A stretch of 64,000 nucleotides of DNA from Paraspadella gotoi. Its lineage: Eukaryota > Animalia > Chaetognatha. The position numbers and the translations under genes were made by a program. Positions 1-13,898 of the stretch are shown here, piece by piece. Each line of letters opens with the position of its first letter. The stretch's first letter is position 1. The notes under the pieces are model-generated. The model was not told the origin of the DNA and did no database searches. It saw only the letters and a program-made list of their open reading frames with translations. The stretch lies in assembly GCA_051294375.1 (NCBI GenBank), contig JBJCIZ010000028.1:806437-870436 (forward strand). The letters run 5' to 3'.

Positions 1-237
1 CATTTTGTTTTTGTATACCCTTTTTACTTTAGTCTACCTCAAAACAGTTTTTTGCGAGGATGAAGTGTAGGATTAGATTAAAAAACCAAAAAACAATCGT
101 CAGAGCGCAAATTTAAACAAATATACACGCAAAGAAAATCTGCTACATATAAACAAAACACAAAACCAAAAAAAAATCAATAAAAAAAACAAAAAAAACA
201 AAAACAAAAAAACAAAACAAAAAAAACAAGAGACAGG

Positions 238-2677
238 ATGAGTTGTTCCATGACGGATAACTCTTTCTCTCCGGCGACGCGAGCGGTCGTCGACCTCGTG
301 GCGGGTTCCCTCGGCGGCGTCGCCAACGTCTACGTGGGTCAACCGCTCGACACCATCAAAGTCAAGCTGCAGACTTTTCCGCAAATGTACACCGGCGCCG
401 TCCAGTGCGGCCTCAAGACCTTTAGATCCGAGGGTGAGAGATTTGTGATGGGCGAATCGGGTGATTTTTCACTTTTACCATTTAGTTACAGTTAGCTTCA
501 CTTAAATTGTTATTTTTACACTTTTTATGGCGACTTACGATTTATTACTTTTATTACATTTATTGTATACGAAAGGCCCAAGAATTTCATTCAATTCCAT
601 TCATTCCATTACATCCTCTTCACTCTTCCTCCATCATTAGGCCTTCGCGGCCTCTACGCCGGCACCGTCCCGTCCCTCGCCGCCAACGTCGCCGAGAACG
701 CCGTCCTATTCCTCGCCTACGGCGCCGCTCAAGATTTGGTCGCCGGCGCCTTGAGTCGGAACCGCAAAGATCTCAACACTTTTCAGAATGCCTGCGCGGG
801 GAGTCTGGCGTCCATCGCTTCCGGTAAAGACGGCGAGATTCTCTTATTAAGTTTATTCAATCTTATTATTTCATTTCTTATTCATTCGTTATTTCTTCTT
901 GTCGCATCGCGAATCGGACGTTGGACGACCGATGTTTTATTTCCGTCTGATATCCGTTGACATAGGGTTCCTTACTCATTGTTAATCGCATCTCAATTGT
1001 GCCGTAAACTTTTCGTTAAATACAAAGTTAATCTTTAGAAGGGTCATCAACGCAAAACGACTCGTCTGAAAGCTTTTATATGCAAGCGCCTACTATGTAT
1101 GTTTAATATTTAGTTTTTTTAAATTAATAGATTAAATCGACTGCGTTTCGTACTATCATTACCTTTTCTTTTAATCTCGCGTCCTCCTCTCCATCTCCAA
1201 GCGACGGTCCTGACCCCGATCGAGATGATCAAGTGCCGCATGCAGGCCATGCAGGAAGTGGCCGCGGCGGAGGGTCGTACTCACCACCGAGTCGGTCCCT
1301 TCTCGATCGCGGCGGGCATCGTCCGCAAGGAGGGCGTCGCCGCGCCCTTCAAGGGTCTCTCCGCCGCCATCGTCAGGGAGATGATCGGCTACTTCTTCTT
1401 CTTCGGCGCCTACGAGATGATTCGGGAGAGCTTCGTCCGTCCGGGGATGACCAAGGACGATATCGGTTAGTTTCGTTATGTAGATTCTATCAGTTGTAGT
1501 AATAATTAATAAATAATAACTATAATAAATTATTTCTCCCCATTATTCGGTAGTAGCTTGGCATTAAATGTTAATATTATTATTTTATTATGCCAATTGT
1601 TATCCATAGCACGTTTTTCCTCCTATTAACTCTTTAGGCGCTTTGAAGACCATCATCGCTGGAGGCGTCGGCGGCGTCGCCCTTTGGATTCCCGCCTACC
1701 CCATGGATTTGGCCAAATCCCGTATTCAGGTGGGCGACGGTCATTTAATCCAGTTATCGTCTCTTGTTTTTTCACTATTTTCTATTTTTATATTTTATCA
1801 AGAATTGACTATTTAATCTTTATTCTTTAAATAAATATGTATTGCTTTCTTAAAATTTTTTTACTTATCATTATATCTAATAACTCATTTTGGGAAGGGG
1901 AAGTCAGTGTTGTCTTCTGGAAAAAGAGGGAGCATCTATACAACACAAGGTTAGATTACAATCTGCCCTAATTTTCTAATAGATATTACACATCATTCCT
2001 GTTAGAAAGTCATTAATAAAAAATCATAATATCTAAGAGTCTGAACAGAAAGGGGGGTGTGAATAGATAATTTTTTGAAGGAGGACCAAAGTTATATATG
2101 ATTTCTTTTACCCCTGTACTTTAATGAAAATGACATTTTTTCTTTATACTATTTTTTAATTATTTCTTTTTTGAATATTTTTAATCTTTTATGTTTATAC
2201 AGTGGGAAGGTCATCAGTTGGGAACCTATACCTTTCATGGATTTCGGCTCATTAATCCCAATATCCCAATATCATGTTAACTGTATTCTGTAATAAAGAA
2301 AAAGCAATATTGTTAAACGATAGTTGGTGATAGTTAATCAAAATGAAAGGTCAACTTTTATATATATTAATTTTCACTGACCCACAATTCTTTCCCTTCC
2401 CCTTAAACTGTAAACAGGTTTTACACACTGGACGTGGAAGAGCTCCCAACTTCGTCTCCGTTATGCTGGACATCGTGAAGAAGGAAGGCGCGGCGGCTCT
2501 TTACAGGTTCTGTCCATTTAAAAAGCCTCGAGTTATTTATATAATTTTAAAACAAAAACATTTTCATCTTCTTACAGCGGAATTTGGCCGACGCTTATCC
2601 GAACTTTCCCCGCGACGGGCGTTCTGTTTTTGACGGTGGAGAACAGCAAGAAACTGATGTATTACCTTATGTCGTAA
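238..2677 (+). CDS. SLC25A15: Mitochondrial carrier, ornithine/citrulline transporter-like (SLC25A15/A2 family), 6 exons
   Basis: Exons 238-433, 641-823, 1202-1465, 1638-1729, 2418-2506, 2578-2677 splice in frame. Three carrier PxD/ExxK motifs (GQPLDTIKVKLQTFP, TPIEMIKCRMQ, YPMDLAKSRIQ) and AANVAENAVLF match the ornithine carrier subfamily. Confidence 0.88.
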
Positions 2678-3218
2678 ATCGCGTGCTAATCCTTCTCAAA
2701 AAATGTGATATCTCGTTATCCGTGACTCAGAATATACGTAGTCTTATTCTGAATCTGTGATCTTAAAGACTTATCATCACTACTGAAACAATCGCACAAT
2801 CCAAATTATCGCTCCCGATATTTGTAGTTATTTACTTAGTAGTTATTCACCGATCCATCTAGTTGTTGAACCAAACTTACTTTTTTCTAATGTTTTTAGT
2901 AATTATATATTTGCTTATTTTATTCGTTTGAATAAAAAAAAAAACAGTTCGTTTTTTTTAAAAACTATTTATAAAGAATAATTCCTGTTGATCATTATTA
3001 GTACGGATTTACCTACCTATGAATCGAAAATATAAGCCTGGCTCTTTCTACGGTCCCCGCGAAATTAAGTCCATGAACGGAAATACCCTCGCACAAAACT
3101 CTCTCTCTCTCTCTCGAGGAATTATTTGACGATTTGTGGTTCGGGTAAAAAATTCAAAAGACTCATGTGAACCGGAAGGTATTCGACGCTCATCCCAACA
3201 TTCGTCGCCAAGAAAACG

Positions 3219-6016
3219 ATGGACCGTCTCTCGTGGGCGGGGCGTAATTTGATCGCCGGAGAAACGGTCGTCTTCCAACAGGCGAGTTAGTTTTTATTAT
3301 ACATGCATCATTAACCATTTTTTTTCATTTTTATTTCTAAATTCATTTGCATGTTGCAGTTGTTTGCCAGATTTTACTTTGGGCATCAATTATTAGTTTT
3401 CTTGAGAAAAACTTATAATAAATTATATAAATAATATTATATAATAATAAAATAAATTATATAACTCCCCCCCCCTCAGACCTCGACCTCCCTCTACGAC
3501 GGAGACGACAAGTCGGCCTTCTCCGGCGGCGCCTCCGTCCTCACCGACCACCGCTTCCTCTGGAAGGACGCCGAAGATCCCGACTGCGTCCTCGCTCTGC
3601 CGCTCAACTACGTCGTCGACGCCGTCGAGTCCAGGGGCGGACTCTTTTCCGGTCGGTCGTCTCGAGAAAGGTTTTTTAAAGCGAGGTCCGGTTCTGTGAA
3701 ATTGGTACATTTTCGTTCATTTAATAATTAAGCTATATTTGACGTCATAGTTCATTTTTGTTCAATTCAAGTTTATTCTAATCGCATTCTCATCTTTGTG
3801 CTACGTTTTATTACTTTATATAAATATTTCGGACTCGACGTAAGCCTTCATCAGCTCAAAAAAACGAATATTACCGAGTGTCTCGAGCGTACTGTCACTT
3901 TACAAATGAACGCCGTGTCAAATTATTTTAAGAGTTTAACTAATAATCAAATTACGATAAAACATTATCAGTGTTCTTGGCTATAAGGGAATAGATTCGA
4001 ATAATGCATGATAAAAGCTCCATGACACTTAACTTTTAAATTATCTTCGATACGATGTACAGTTGTACAGATGTACGATTGTACACTCAATACGTAAAAA
4101 ATATATATATAAATTTATATTGTTTTTATTAAATGGTAACATTTTTTTAATCCCAGGCAAATCCGCCAAAGTCGTCCTCCACCTCAAGTCCCGCGACCCT
4201 TCGATGGGCGGCGCCGGTCCAGTGCCTTCCAGTCATCACGACTTTGTCAAGATCTCCTTCCGAGGTCTCTAAACTCTAAACGCATAAAATTGGTGCAGCC
4301 AATGTATGTAAAACTTATTATATATATTATTTTAAAAAAATAATCTATCTTGCCTGGGTTTATGGCCTCCTTCTCTCTTACAAGATAATAATATTGCAGG
4401 AAACTGAAAATAATAATAAAATAATAATAAATAATAATAAAAATTATTATATTCAGACGGTGGCGCGGTCGAGTTTCTCCGTAACTTGGAGGAAGCGACG
4501 CGGGCGAAAAAGTGGGAGGAGGTGAAGGCACGACCCTCGGCGCCGCAGCGGCCGCGCGGAAAGTCTTCGCACGCGGGGATTCTTGGCGAGTTGCGTTAGA
4601 GGGGGCGGGGGGAAGATGTGGGGGGATAGAGGATTATAGTTTTTGTTTGTCATCGAATGCATTCCATTATGCAAAATGCATTCATTTAACATGCTAGGAA
4701 AAGGCGAAATATTTTTCGTGTCAGCATTTGTCGTATGAATTATTGCTTACCATGAGGGGGGATGGTCTGATCCTGAAGGCGTTCACGTCCCGTGCCGAAG
4801 TCTCGTTTGCAGAATGATAAGACGCTCCTAGCTAATTGGTGATTATAATGGAATCGGTTTTTTTTTTTCACAAATAAACCACGTAAAGGAATATTATTTG
4901 CGACCCTTGCTATATGCAAATCAGATTAAAGAAATTATATGATGAATCTTAACTCGAGAATCAATTGGCGATACGATACCAATTATACCGCTCCGTTTTC
5001 GGTTAATGTTATTAACTAATTATTAATTTCCCGCTTTTTATTGACATTTCAGGAATCGAGCGGAAATTGGCGGCGAAAACGGAAGAGGCCGAACGCGACA
5101 TTTCCATCGCGTTCGCGGATCTCTCGCAGCTCATGGTCAAAGCCAAAGAAATGGTGAGAAACCCTATATTTCTTTACTTATTATTTCATTTAATACGATA
5201 TTTATCGAGTAATATTTATCTCATTTCCCGTCCCCTCAGGTAAACCTTTCGAAGAGCGTCTCCCAGAAGATCCGCGACAAACAAGGGGAGATCACCGACG
5301 ACGAGATCGTTCGATTCCAGTCGCATCTCCTCAGCCTCGGAATCGCCGATCCCGTCACGAGGGAGACGCACGGCGGCGGAGACCAGTACTGCTTCGAGCT
5401 GGCCAAGCAAGTGAGCAATTTCCGACTCGTTTATTCGTCGATTATATGATAAATCAAATGATACATCCAGTGATCGACATTGAGAAAACTTGTTTATTGA
5501 ACGAATTTTGTGTTGGGTTGTACCAATTTCATAACTATATTGTCATGAGAACGGGGGATAGCAGACGGTAATCAAAGTGGGCTATCTATTATTCAATCTT
5601 TGAGATAATCAATTATTGAACATATTGTTTTATTGATAAAATAACGAAGTAAGTTTGTTTCCATTTCGAAACATTTCACTAAAGTTCATCTGCAACATAA
5701 TAACAATTAATTAATGCAATCGGATCCATTTTTCTTCCTTTCCTTTCGTCCCCCTTCAGATCGCCACCACGATCGATGGCCCCCTACACGACGCCGGCGG
5801 AACCATGAGTCTCACCGACGTCTTCGTCCGAGTAAATCGCGCCCGTGGGATGGAGCTCCTCAGTCCGGAAGACCTCGTCAACGCCTGTCGCGTCATGGCC
5901 GAGTTCGACGGCGTCAAGCGACGCCCTAGACTCGGGGTACGCCTGAGGACTTTCGAGGAGAGCGGCGTTATGGTGCTGCAGTCGGTATCGTTGGACGAGG
6001 AGTCCGTTGTTAAGGT

Positions 6017-6055
<39 letters not shown>

Positions 6056-6343
6056 AAAGTTTTACATTAAATAACAACTGATGAGCGTCGTTTTGATTTT
6101 AATCGTAACGATCCGTTTACCTATTCTTCTTCCCAATTTTCCGCCAACCCTTAGGACACCTCGGACCGGCTTCAAACGGCGGGCTCCCTCTCGGCGGAAG
6201 AGTTGGCCAAAGTGGCGTCGACGACAGTGGTTCTCGCTCAGGAGCGACTCCGTCTCACCGAGCGACGCGGGAAGGCCTGCAGAGACGATTCGGTGGAGGG
6301 ACTTCGATTCTACCCAAACTACTTTCTATTCCCGACCGCTTGA
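3219..6343 (+). CDS. VPS36: ESCRT-II subunit VPS36, 8 exons (introns 1 and 4 are GC-AG)
   Basis: Exons 3219-3281, 3480-3651, 4157-4264, 4457-4585, 5053-5153, 5240-5410, 5760-6014, 6155-6343. Motifs [54 protein letters not shown] and [20 protein letters not shown] follows at 6346. Confidence 0.95.
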
Positions 6344-6573
6344 CGAATAAAGACCTCGTTTCTTTCCTTAGAAATAAAGAGAATGCCTTTTCATTTCCAA
6401 GGGGGGAAGCGAGTCAAGGCCCAATCCGGTTTATAAACGCCATCGATTTTTTTTTTCTCTTTTTTTTTTTAGGCTCCGGAAATAGAATTAGATCAGAAAT
6501 CAAAATTGAAAATCAATTTGAAGAAACTGAGTTTTTTTTTCAAAATCTTTATTATTTTATAATAAAGTAAACA

Positions 6574-9006
6574 ATGATGATAGAAAACGACCATAGCTTC
6601 GAGGGTTACGGCGGGCCTCGATTCACGAGTTATCACATCAAGAAAAATCCCAACCCCGTCGTCATCCGTCACACCCACGCGTCGGACGAATGGCGCCTCC
6701 GCGCACCCTTTCACTTCTCGCATCTTCTTCGAGAGCTCGTCAAGGGTCCCGAGGAAGATCGCTTCTACGACGTGGAACTCTGGACGGCCGAGGGCGACCT
6801 CTTTCGCGCCCACAAGCTCGTTCTCCTTCTAGCGAGTCCTTACTTTCGCGGGCGGTTCCGCATGGAGGGGCCCTCGGACGTGCTGCGTTTCGGCGCGGAA
6901 GTCACTTCCGTCGGGCTGCGGAATTTTCTCGAGTACGCCTACGAGGACGAGTTGGTCTTGGAGGTGGAGTCGGTCGTCGACGTCTACAAGTGCGCCGACT
7001 TTTTCGTAGTCGAAGAATTGGCCGAAGCCGCTCGATATTTTTTGATCAATCACTTGTCCGTCGACAACGCCGTTGAGGTGCTCGCCTTCGCGCGCGATCA
7101 CTCCGTGCCCGATTTGGGATCCAAGGCCGAAGATCTAATCCGGGATAACCTTTTCGAAGACGCCATACTCGACGGGCTCGTCGAGAGGGGCCTCTTCGCC
7201 ACAGTTCTCGATTTGAACGACGCCGATTGCGTCGCCGAAGACGCCGCGCCGGCTGCGACGGGCGATGGAAACGCAAACCCACCCTACCAACGCTGGAGGG
7301 CGTGGCGAACGCTCTGCAAACGGCTCGCCGCCTCTAAACGAATCCCCCTCGAAGCGGCGAGGTTTATCGAAGAGGAAAACTCGGCGGATTGGTTCGAGAT
7401 TTATCGCAGGATCCGAAGAGGGAAAGTCGCCGAAGTGGAGAACTGGACGACGATGAGTTGCGTCGATGAGGTCGTCGTGCCGACGGACATCACGGAGAAT
7501 CTTTCGAGATTCAGCTTTCATCCCGACGAACCCGTCGCCGCGGGATGGGATCCGAGTCGTCCGAACGTCGTCCTTTTTCGTTTGGATTCCTCGCAGTACA
7601 GATGGCAGGTAGACTTTCAACCCGGCGAGGAAATCGAAACAAATAAATAAAAAATGACAAAATTATCTCGTCTTCGATATAATTACAATAAGCGTGTTTG
7701 AGCCAAAAAATATGCCACACATCAAAACAGATCATTTAACTGCTATACTGCTACTATATGCAAATGAGATTGATGAACTCAATTTCATTTGGTAATATAC
7801 TTGGGAGTGGTGTTTTTATACAATTTACTCTGAGAGTAAATAAACGAGACTGTGAAAGCTTTCCGGGTCCTGCTAAGTTATTATCTTGTGAGAGTGATGG
7901 AGGCCTTAACACACCATAGTTAAGAGCAAGAAAGCTTATTTATTGAATGTACGGAAAAATTTTATATTGGTTGTACCAATTTCATCCCGAGAAACCATCT
8001 GATACAGGTGGACTTTGAATCCGGCAAGGATATCGAAAGCGTTACTTTTCATGAGAACATCATGTTCGTCCTACGCGGGACACCGTCGAGAAATTTGGGA
8101 TCGGCGGGGAACAGAGGAGTTCGTGGGCTCTCCGACATGATCGTGGAGAAGGTGGACTGGACCGAAGAAAAAATCGTCGACTCGGAAAGGCTCCCCGGAA
8201 TGTTCCAGCGGCCTACGCGCTTGAAAGGGACTAAGCTGCATTACTTTGGCTTACGCTGGCAGAATTTCGAGGTTCGCGGAAAGTATTTAGTCGTGCCCCT
8301 CTACGACGAATCCGACCTATCCGGTTTGAATGTGAAATTTTTTGATTTCGTTGGTGGATTAACGTGCAACTTGACGATAAAAGTTCCCAAGTCTCGCGGC
8401 GGCCTCATCAGCGGCGACCACCATCTGGATTGCGGATTCGATTGCGACGGCTTTAACGTGTTGGCCTGGGACGAATTCTATCGTTACTCCGATGGTCGAA
8501 TGGTTTCCAAACGAATCGCTGAAATTGGGGGCCTCTTGGAAGCTTACGTGTTGCGAGGAATGACGGCCTACGTCCTCGATCCGCACAGTTGCGTCCTTTA
8601 CGATTTGTCTCCGGACGAACCCGTTCGACTCCGGACCTTCAACATCGACGACGCCAAGATTTCTCCTCCCAACGTCTTCGAATTTCGTTCTTTCATCATC
8701 AAGCCGTATCGTGGGTGCGAAGGGTTGTTCCTTGTCCTCAAAGACGTCGCCCCAGAGTTTGGACGAGACAAGTCTTCCTTTTGGCTCCTGGAAACGGAGA
8801 AGATGATGCGAGAAACCAAAGAGTATAAGATCGGGTCTTGTCAAGTTCCGATCGAGAGATCGATTCCCTTTCGATCCGTGACTCAGATGGAGTTCCGTCC
8901 CTACGGCCTCGTCGTTTGGGGCATCGAGAAGGAGGAGGATTTGGCGGGAAAAGTGAAGAGGATGGTTCGATTTAGATTTAATCCTCAAATCGATTTGAAG
9001 ACCTGA
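6574..9006 (+). CDS. BTB/POZ(-BACK) domain protein with an uncharacterised beta-rich C-terminal half, 2 large exons
   Basis: Exon 6574-7608 contains FYDVELW...FRAHKLVLLLASPYFRGRF...FLEYAY...CADFF...LSVDNAVEVLAFA (BTB then BACK). A phase-0 GT-AG intron at 7609-8007 joins it to the 332-aa ORF 8008-9006. Confidence 0.8.
7826..7985 (+). repeat. Copy of a dispersed intronic repeat family (about 160-180 bp, ending ...TATATTGGTTGTACCAATTTCAT)
   Basis: Related copies at about 4283-4408(-), 5490-5535(+), 15197-15332(+), 18719-18900(-), 27781-27950(-), 30277-30345(+), 30415-30493(-), 59437-59593(-) and 60270-60323(+). Confidence 0.85.
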
Positions 9007-9405
9007 TCCGGGGATTCGTGGCTTCCTTCCAAAAAAATTAGAGTAAAAAAAAAATTCGATTTTTTTTTTGATACTCTGCTACTCAGCGATTTCCGAGATT
9101 GCATAATGATATTTCCAGAATAATCCGAGAATGTGATATTTGTGATATTATTTGAGATTGTGATGTGTGCCTTAAGGTTTTTACAAATTAAAACACAATC
9201 AACACAATTCAAACAATCAATTTTTTTTTTTTTAATTTTTGCTTTAACCCGTTTTTTTTTACATTAGTTGATAATTTTAGATTAATCGCTTTTGCAAAAA
9301 CCAATCGGTCAGTCTGATTATTGCTACATGTAATTTTATTTTATACATCCAAATTATATATTTTTTTAAAAATCATAGTGGAACTGTATTAACTTATTAA
9401 AAAAA

Positions 9406-10350
9406 ATGAGCGCGTACAAGCGCGTGCAACAATGGTCGACCTTCGTTCGCGCCTGGCATCTCTTCGACGCGACGTGGCAAGATCCAATGGTGTTTTGTCA
9501 TTCCATCGCCAACGTCCTCTCGGGAAAGCATAAGCCCATCTTTCATCCCGGTGAGGGAACAGTCGATTTTTTTGAAAGATATTGTAGGACAATCTGATTT
9601 ACATTAGTTTAGTGTTTAAATTATTGCTTATTGTTTAAAACAAAATAATTGTTAGTATTTACGAGAATTTATTCCTTCTACTCATATAAACCTTATTATT
9701 AATATATTTAATATTTATTATATATTTAATACATATCAGACAACGATTGCGGAGATCACGTGATCATCATCAACGCGGCCAAAATCGCTCTCTTCGAAGA
9801 CAACTGGCGCTACATGCACTATCACTATCACAACCGGAGGCCGAGGAGTCACAGGCTCTATCCCTATTATTACTTTCACGACCAGGTTGGGTGTCACGAT
9901 ATAATAAACTATTCTCTTTTTACCTAAATAACTACTAAAATTATTTCGAGACAATTAAGTCAATTAATTAGTTGAGGAATCCTCGATCCACCTCGCCCAT
10001 CGACTTTCCCCTTTCCCCTCCAGAAACCCTGCGAGCTCACCCGCCTCTACGTCCAAAAGGGCATCCCCTTCGAGAAGAACCGGATGTGGCGGCGTCGCAT
10101 CCGGATGGCGCGCCTCCACGTCTTCGCCGACGACGCCGTCCCCGCTGATATGATGAAGAACGTCTCCCACCAGATCCGGCAGCACCGGACGGTCCCCAAG
10201 CGACTCGAGGATTACACCGACGAGGAGATCGAGGCCTTCCCCAAACTCCTTCAACTTCCCGACGACTTCGTCGACTACAACGAAGCCGCCTACGATCGAC
10301 CCTTTTTCGATCCCAGCGCCAAAGTCCCGCGACCCAAGGGGAAACCTTGA
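9406..10350 (+). CDS. MRPL13: Mitochondrial ribosomal protein uL13m, 3 exons
   Basis: Exons 9406-9550, 9740-9885, 10024-10350. Motifs QQWSTFVRAWHLFDA, GKHKPIFHP, DCGDHVIIIN, RLHVFAD and VPKRLEDYTDEEIEAFPKL. Confidence 0.93.
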
Positions 10351-10736
10351 CGAGCCGCTCGAAGGACGTTGTTTCGTTTTGTTATCGTCGCGTCGATCGA
10401 TCGCGCGGATTTCATTAATTTAAAAAAAAAAACGATTCGCGTTGAAACTCTTTTCTTCGAGTCGCCGACGAGTTTGTTTTGTCAATCTCATTTTGTTTGT
10501 TTTTTATTTTTGGATCCCTCGATAGTTCTTTATCCGCTTTAAAAACACGTTCAAAATTCGGATACCGTTAAATATGGGGCACCTAGAGAAATTGTGACGA
10601 GTTTCAAGAAAAGCGGAAAGAAAAAGATAAAACTTTCTAAATTAACTTTTTTTTTTCCCCCGTGGACGGGAAATCTGCAACGAGCCTCTTGATTAAACTA
10701 TATTTATAATTAAACTTGAACAAAACTTTCGCCAAG

Positions 10737-13700
10737 ATGAATCGTCCCTCGCATCACGACAAGATCGACGAGAAGGAGCAGATCTTCAAGCCGAAGAATT
10801 ATATCAAATCCACCGCCGGCGCCGTTCCCATTCGGAATGAGAAGGGTGAGTTATATACATATTGTGGTTATATACATATTGTGGTTATATACATATTGTG
10901 GTAGGTGCTATAAGTTTCGGCGCAGTTTAAATCTCGCAAGTCTCGGCCCGGAAAAAAATGAAATGAGTATTATGATTAATTTTGTCGATGTAACAAGTTT
11001 TTTTTTTGTTTCTTGACTTTTATAATCAATATTGCAGCTAGTCAATGGTGCCAAAAGAAGGCTTAGTAAATTATTTTGGGGGACTTTTTACGTGCGTTCG
11101 ACGAACATCGTCAGTCCTTAATATTCTCTCTCTCTCTCCCCGACTCCCTTCCTTCACTTCCAGGCGAGGTCGTCATGGAAAAGGTCAAGGTTCAGCGCTA
11201 CGTGACGGGCAAACGTCCCGATTGGGCGACGCGCGAATCCAGCGACGAATCGTCCGAGGACGAGCTTGACACGCCCTTTCAACGGCCCGGCGCCGCGGGG
11301 AAGGCCGATGCGGGCCCGAGGTCAGTGCATTAGTACAGTCGAGTACAGACTACGGTACAGTACAGTACAGTACAGACTACAGTATAGAATACGTTGATCG
11401 GTCTGTCTTTATCAATCAGCTTATTTAGCTTATAATCTGTAGCTGTAACAGTACAGTACATGTACATATATTTTATTTTTATATTAAGTATTATATAANN
11501 NNNNNNNNCATATATTTATTTAAGTATTATATAATTATGATTATTTAATTATTTAAATATAATCATATTATTAGAAAATTAATACGGCGAAACCCTTTAA
11601 AATTGGTGACATCGAGCCCTTTGTCACTTTAATCCCTGACCCCCCCACCTCCCCTCCTTAAATCCCCAGTTCCTCGTCCGCGACGACCGAGGCGGGCTCC
11701 GAGAAGGTGGACCGACGTCTTCAACGTCTCATGGAAGCCAAGCAGGCGGAGGAAGAGCAAGACTCTGACGAGGAGTTCGAAGATCGGCTGCAGCGACATC
11801 GGAGAATCATGGGACCGGAGATCGTGGCCCAGGTTTTTCTAGTTTTGAAGAGGATTAATTTTAATTAAATTCAATATTCAATATTTGTTTTTTTGTTTAA
11901 AGATTTTATTGGTTGACAATGGTTGTTTAATGGATTCCATCGATCGATCGATTCAGAGCGACGACGAGGAAGATCGAAATCGCGCAGGCGGCGTCGGCGC
12001 CGACGACGAAGAAGACGACGACGACGTCGAGTTGGAGGAAGAAGAGATCGAGCGGCGGCGGATGCTGCTGCGGCAGCGGGCGCTGCAGAACAGGGCGCGG
12101 CAGGGCGACGGTGACGCCGAGGGTTCCGCCCTCGCCGGAGGAGACGAGATGGAGGAGGAGTCGGAGGAAGAGTCGGAGGAGGAGTCGGAGTACGAGTCGG
12201 AGTACGAATCCGAAGAGGAGACGGGTGAGTTCGTCACGCGAGTGTGAGAACGTGAAAAAGAGTGAAAAGGTGAGTGAGAGAGTGCGAAAGTGAGTCTGAA
12301 CTAATGTGAATAACTACGTGACTAAATGTTACTTTTTGAATATCATCCCCGCCCCCCCTTCTCCCTTCCCAGGCCCTCGTCTCAAACCCGTCTTCGTCCG
12401 CAAGCGCGACCGGGTGACTCTGCAGGAGCGAGACCGTAATGAACAGAAGGAGCGAGAGGTGGAGGAGGAGCAGAAGAAGATGACGGACGTGCGGAGGAAG
12501 GAGACGCTCAAGATCATCGAGAGCGACAACAAGAAAGATTTGGAGAAGGACATGACCATCGACGACAAGGTTGGGGAGAGAGGTCGTGATTGTTGTCGAG
12601 TCGAATTGCAAAAAGGGTTCACTCGAATGTATATCGTTCGATGACATGTGAATCCAATATTCAAATAATGTCAAGGGTAAAGTCAAACGTTAATCTCATT
12701 ATCCAATATAATAATAAAACCAAGTATGTAACCAAACGTTTAAATGTAAACGCGACATGGTCCATTTAACATGAGTCTTTCCATTGACAATTAAAACTTA
12801 CATCAACAACTATTTTAATTAATTATTAATTAATTCTTAATTAAACCAGGCGATGTACTCTGTCAACACCGACGACGAAAACGACGAAGCCGAATACGAA
12901 GGATGGAAAATACGCGAGCTGAAGCGAATCAAGAAGCAGCGGGAGGAACGCGATCAGGTCAGTGCCAAGATAAACAAAGAAATAAACAAAGAAATGACCA
13001 AAGAAAAAAAAATATTCTCGACGATAACGGTTAATAAATGAAGCCGTCGACGACCGTACAATGTACACAGTGTACAGTTCTAACTTTAATCACTGAGATT
13101 CTTTATCTCAGTCTCAATGTCTCAAAAATCCAATGCTTGCTCTCTTTCCCGCTGCAGGTCGAGAAGGAAAAGGAAGAGGTGGACAAAGTGAGGAACATGA
13201 CGGAGGAAGAGCGGAGGGCCGCTTTCAGGGCCAACCCCAAACAGGCGAGAAAAGAGAATTAATTATAGAACAATTTTCTCACGAATATTATCATAACTCC
13301 TTTTCCCCCTCTCCCCTCGCAGGTCACCAACAAAGGACAGAAAGGAAAGTACAAGTTCCTTCAAAAGTACTACCACCGCGGCGCCTTCTTCATGGACGAA
13401 GAGGAGAACGTCTACACGAGAGACTTTTCCAACCCGACGCTGGAGGATCATTTCGACAAGACGATCCTGCCCAAGGTTTGGCCAAAAAAGAAGTTAATTG
13501 TATCAGAATGTTTCTTGGTATGATATCAGATGAGAATGAGTTCCTCAATCTCATTTGCATATTGTAGTTAATTATTTTAAACACTGTTGGTTTGGGTTTT
13601 GTTTTGATGTTTGGTTTAATTTTTGGTTTTCCCCACTTTTATTAATATCGTTGAGTGTAAATTCAACGTTTCTCTATGCTAATCGTTTTACCTCTCGTTT

Positions 13701-13898
13701 TTAATCCAGGTCATGCAAGTCAAAAACTTTGGTCGTTCCGGCCGAACCAAGTACACCCATCTGGTGGATCAAGACACGACGTCCTTCGAGTCACCCTGGA
13801 CGACAGAGTCTGTCGCCACCGTCAAATTCCACGCTCTCCACGCCGGGCGGCACAAGACAGACCTTCGCGCGGCCGGGGATCAGGGAGGAAAAAAATGA
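10737..13898 (+). CDS. MFAP1: Microfibrillar-associated protein 1 (spliceosomal B-complex factor), 9 exons
   Basis: Exons 10737-10845, 11164-11320, 11670-11832, 11957-12224, 12373-12569, 12850-12957, 13158-13244, 13323-13475, 13710-13898. Motifs [61 protein letters not shown] and [23 protein letters not shown]. Probable +1 indel near 13845. Confidence 0.95.
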
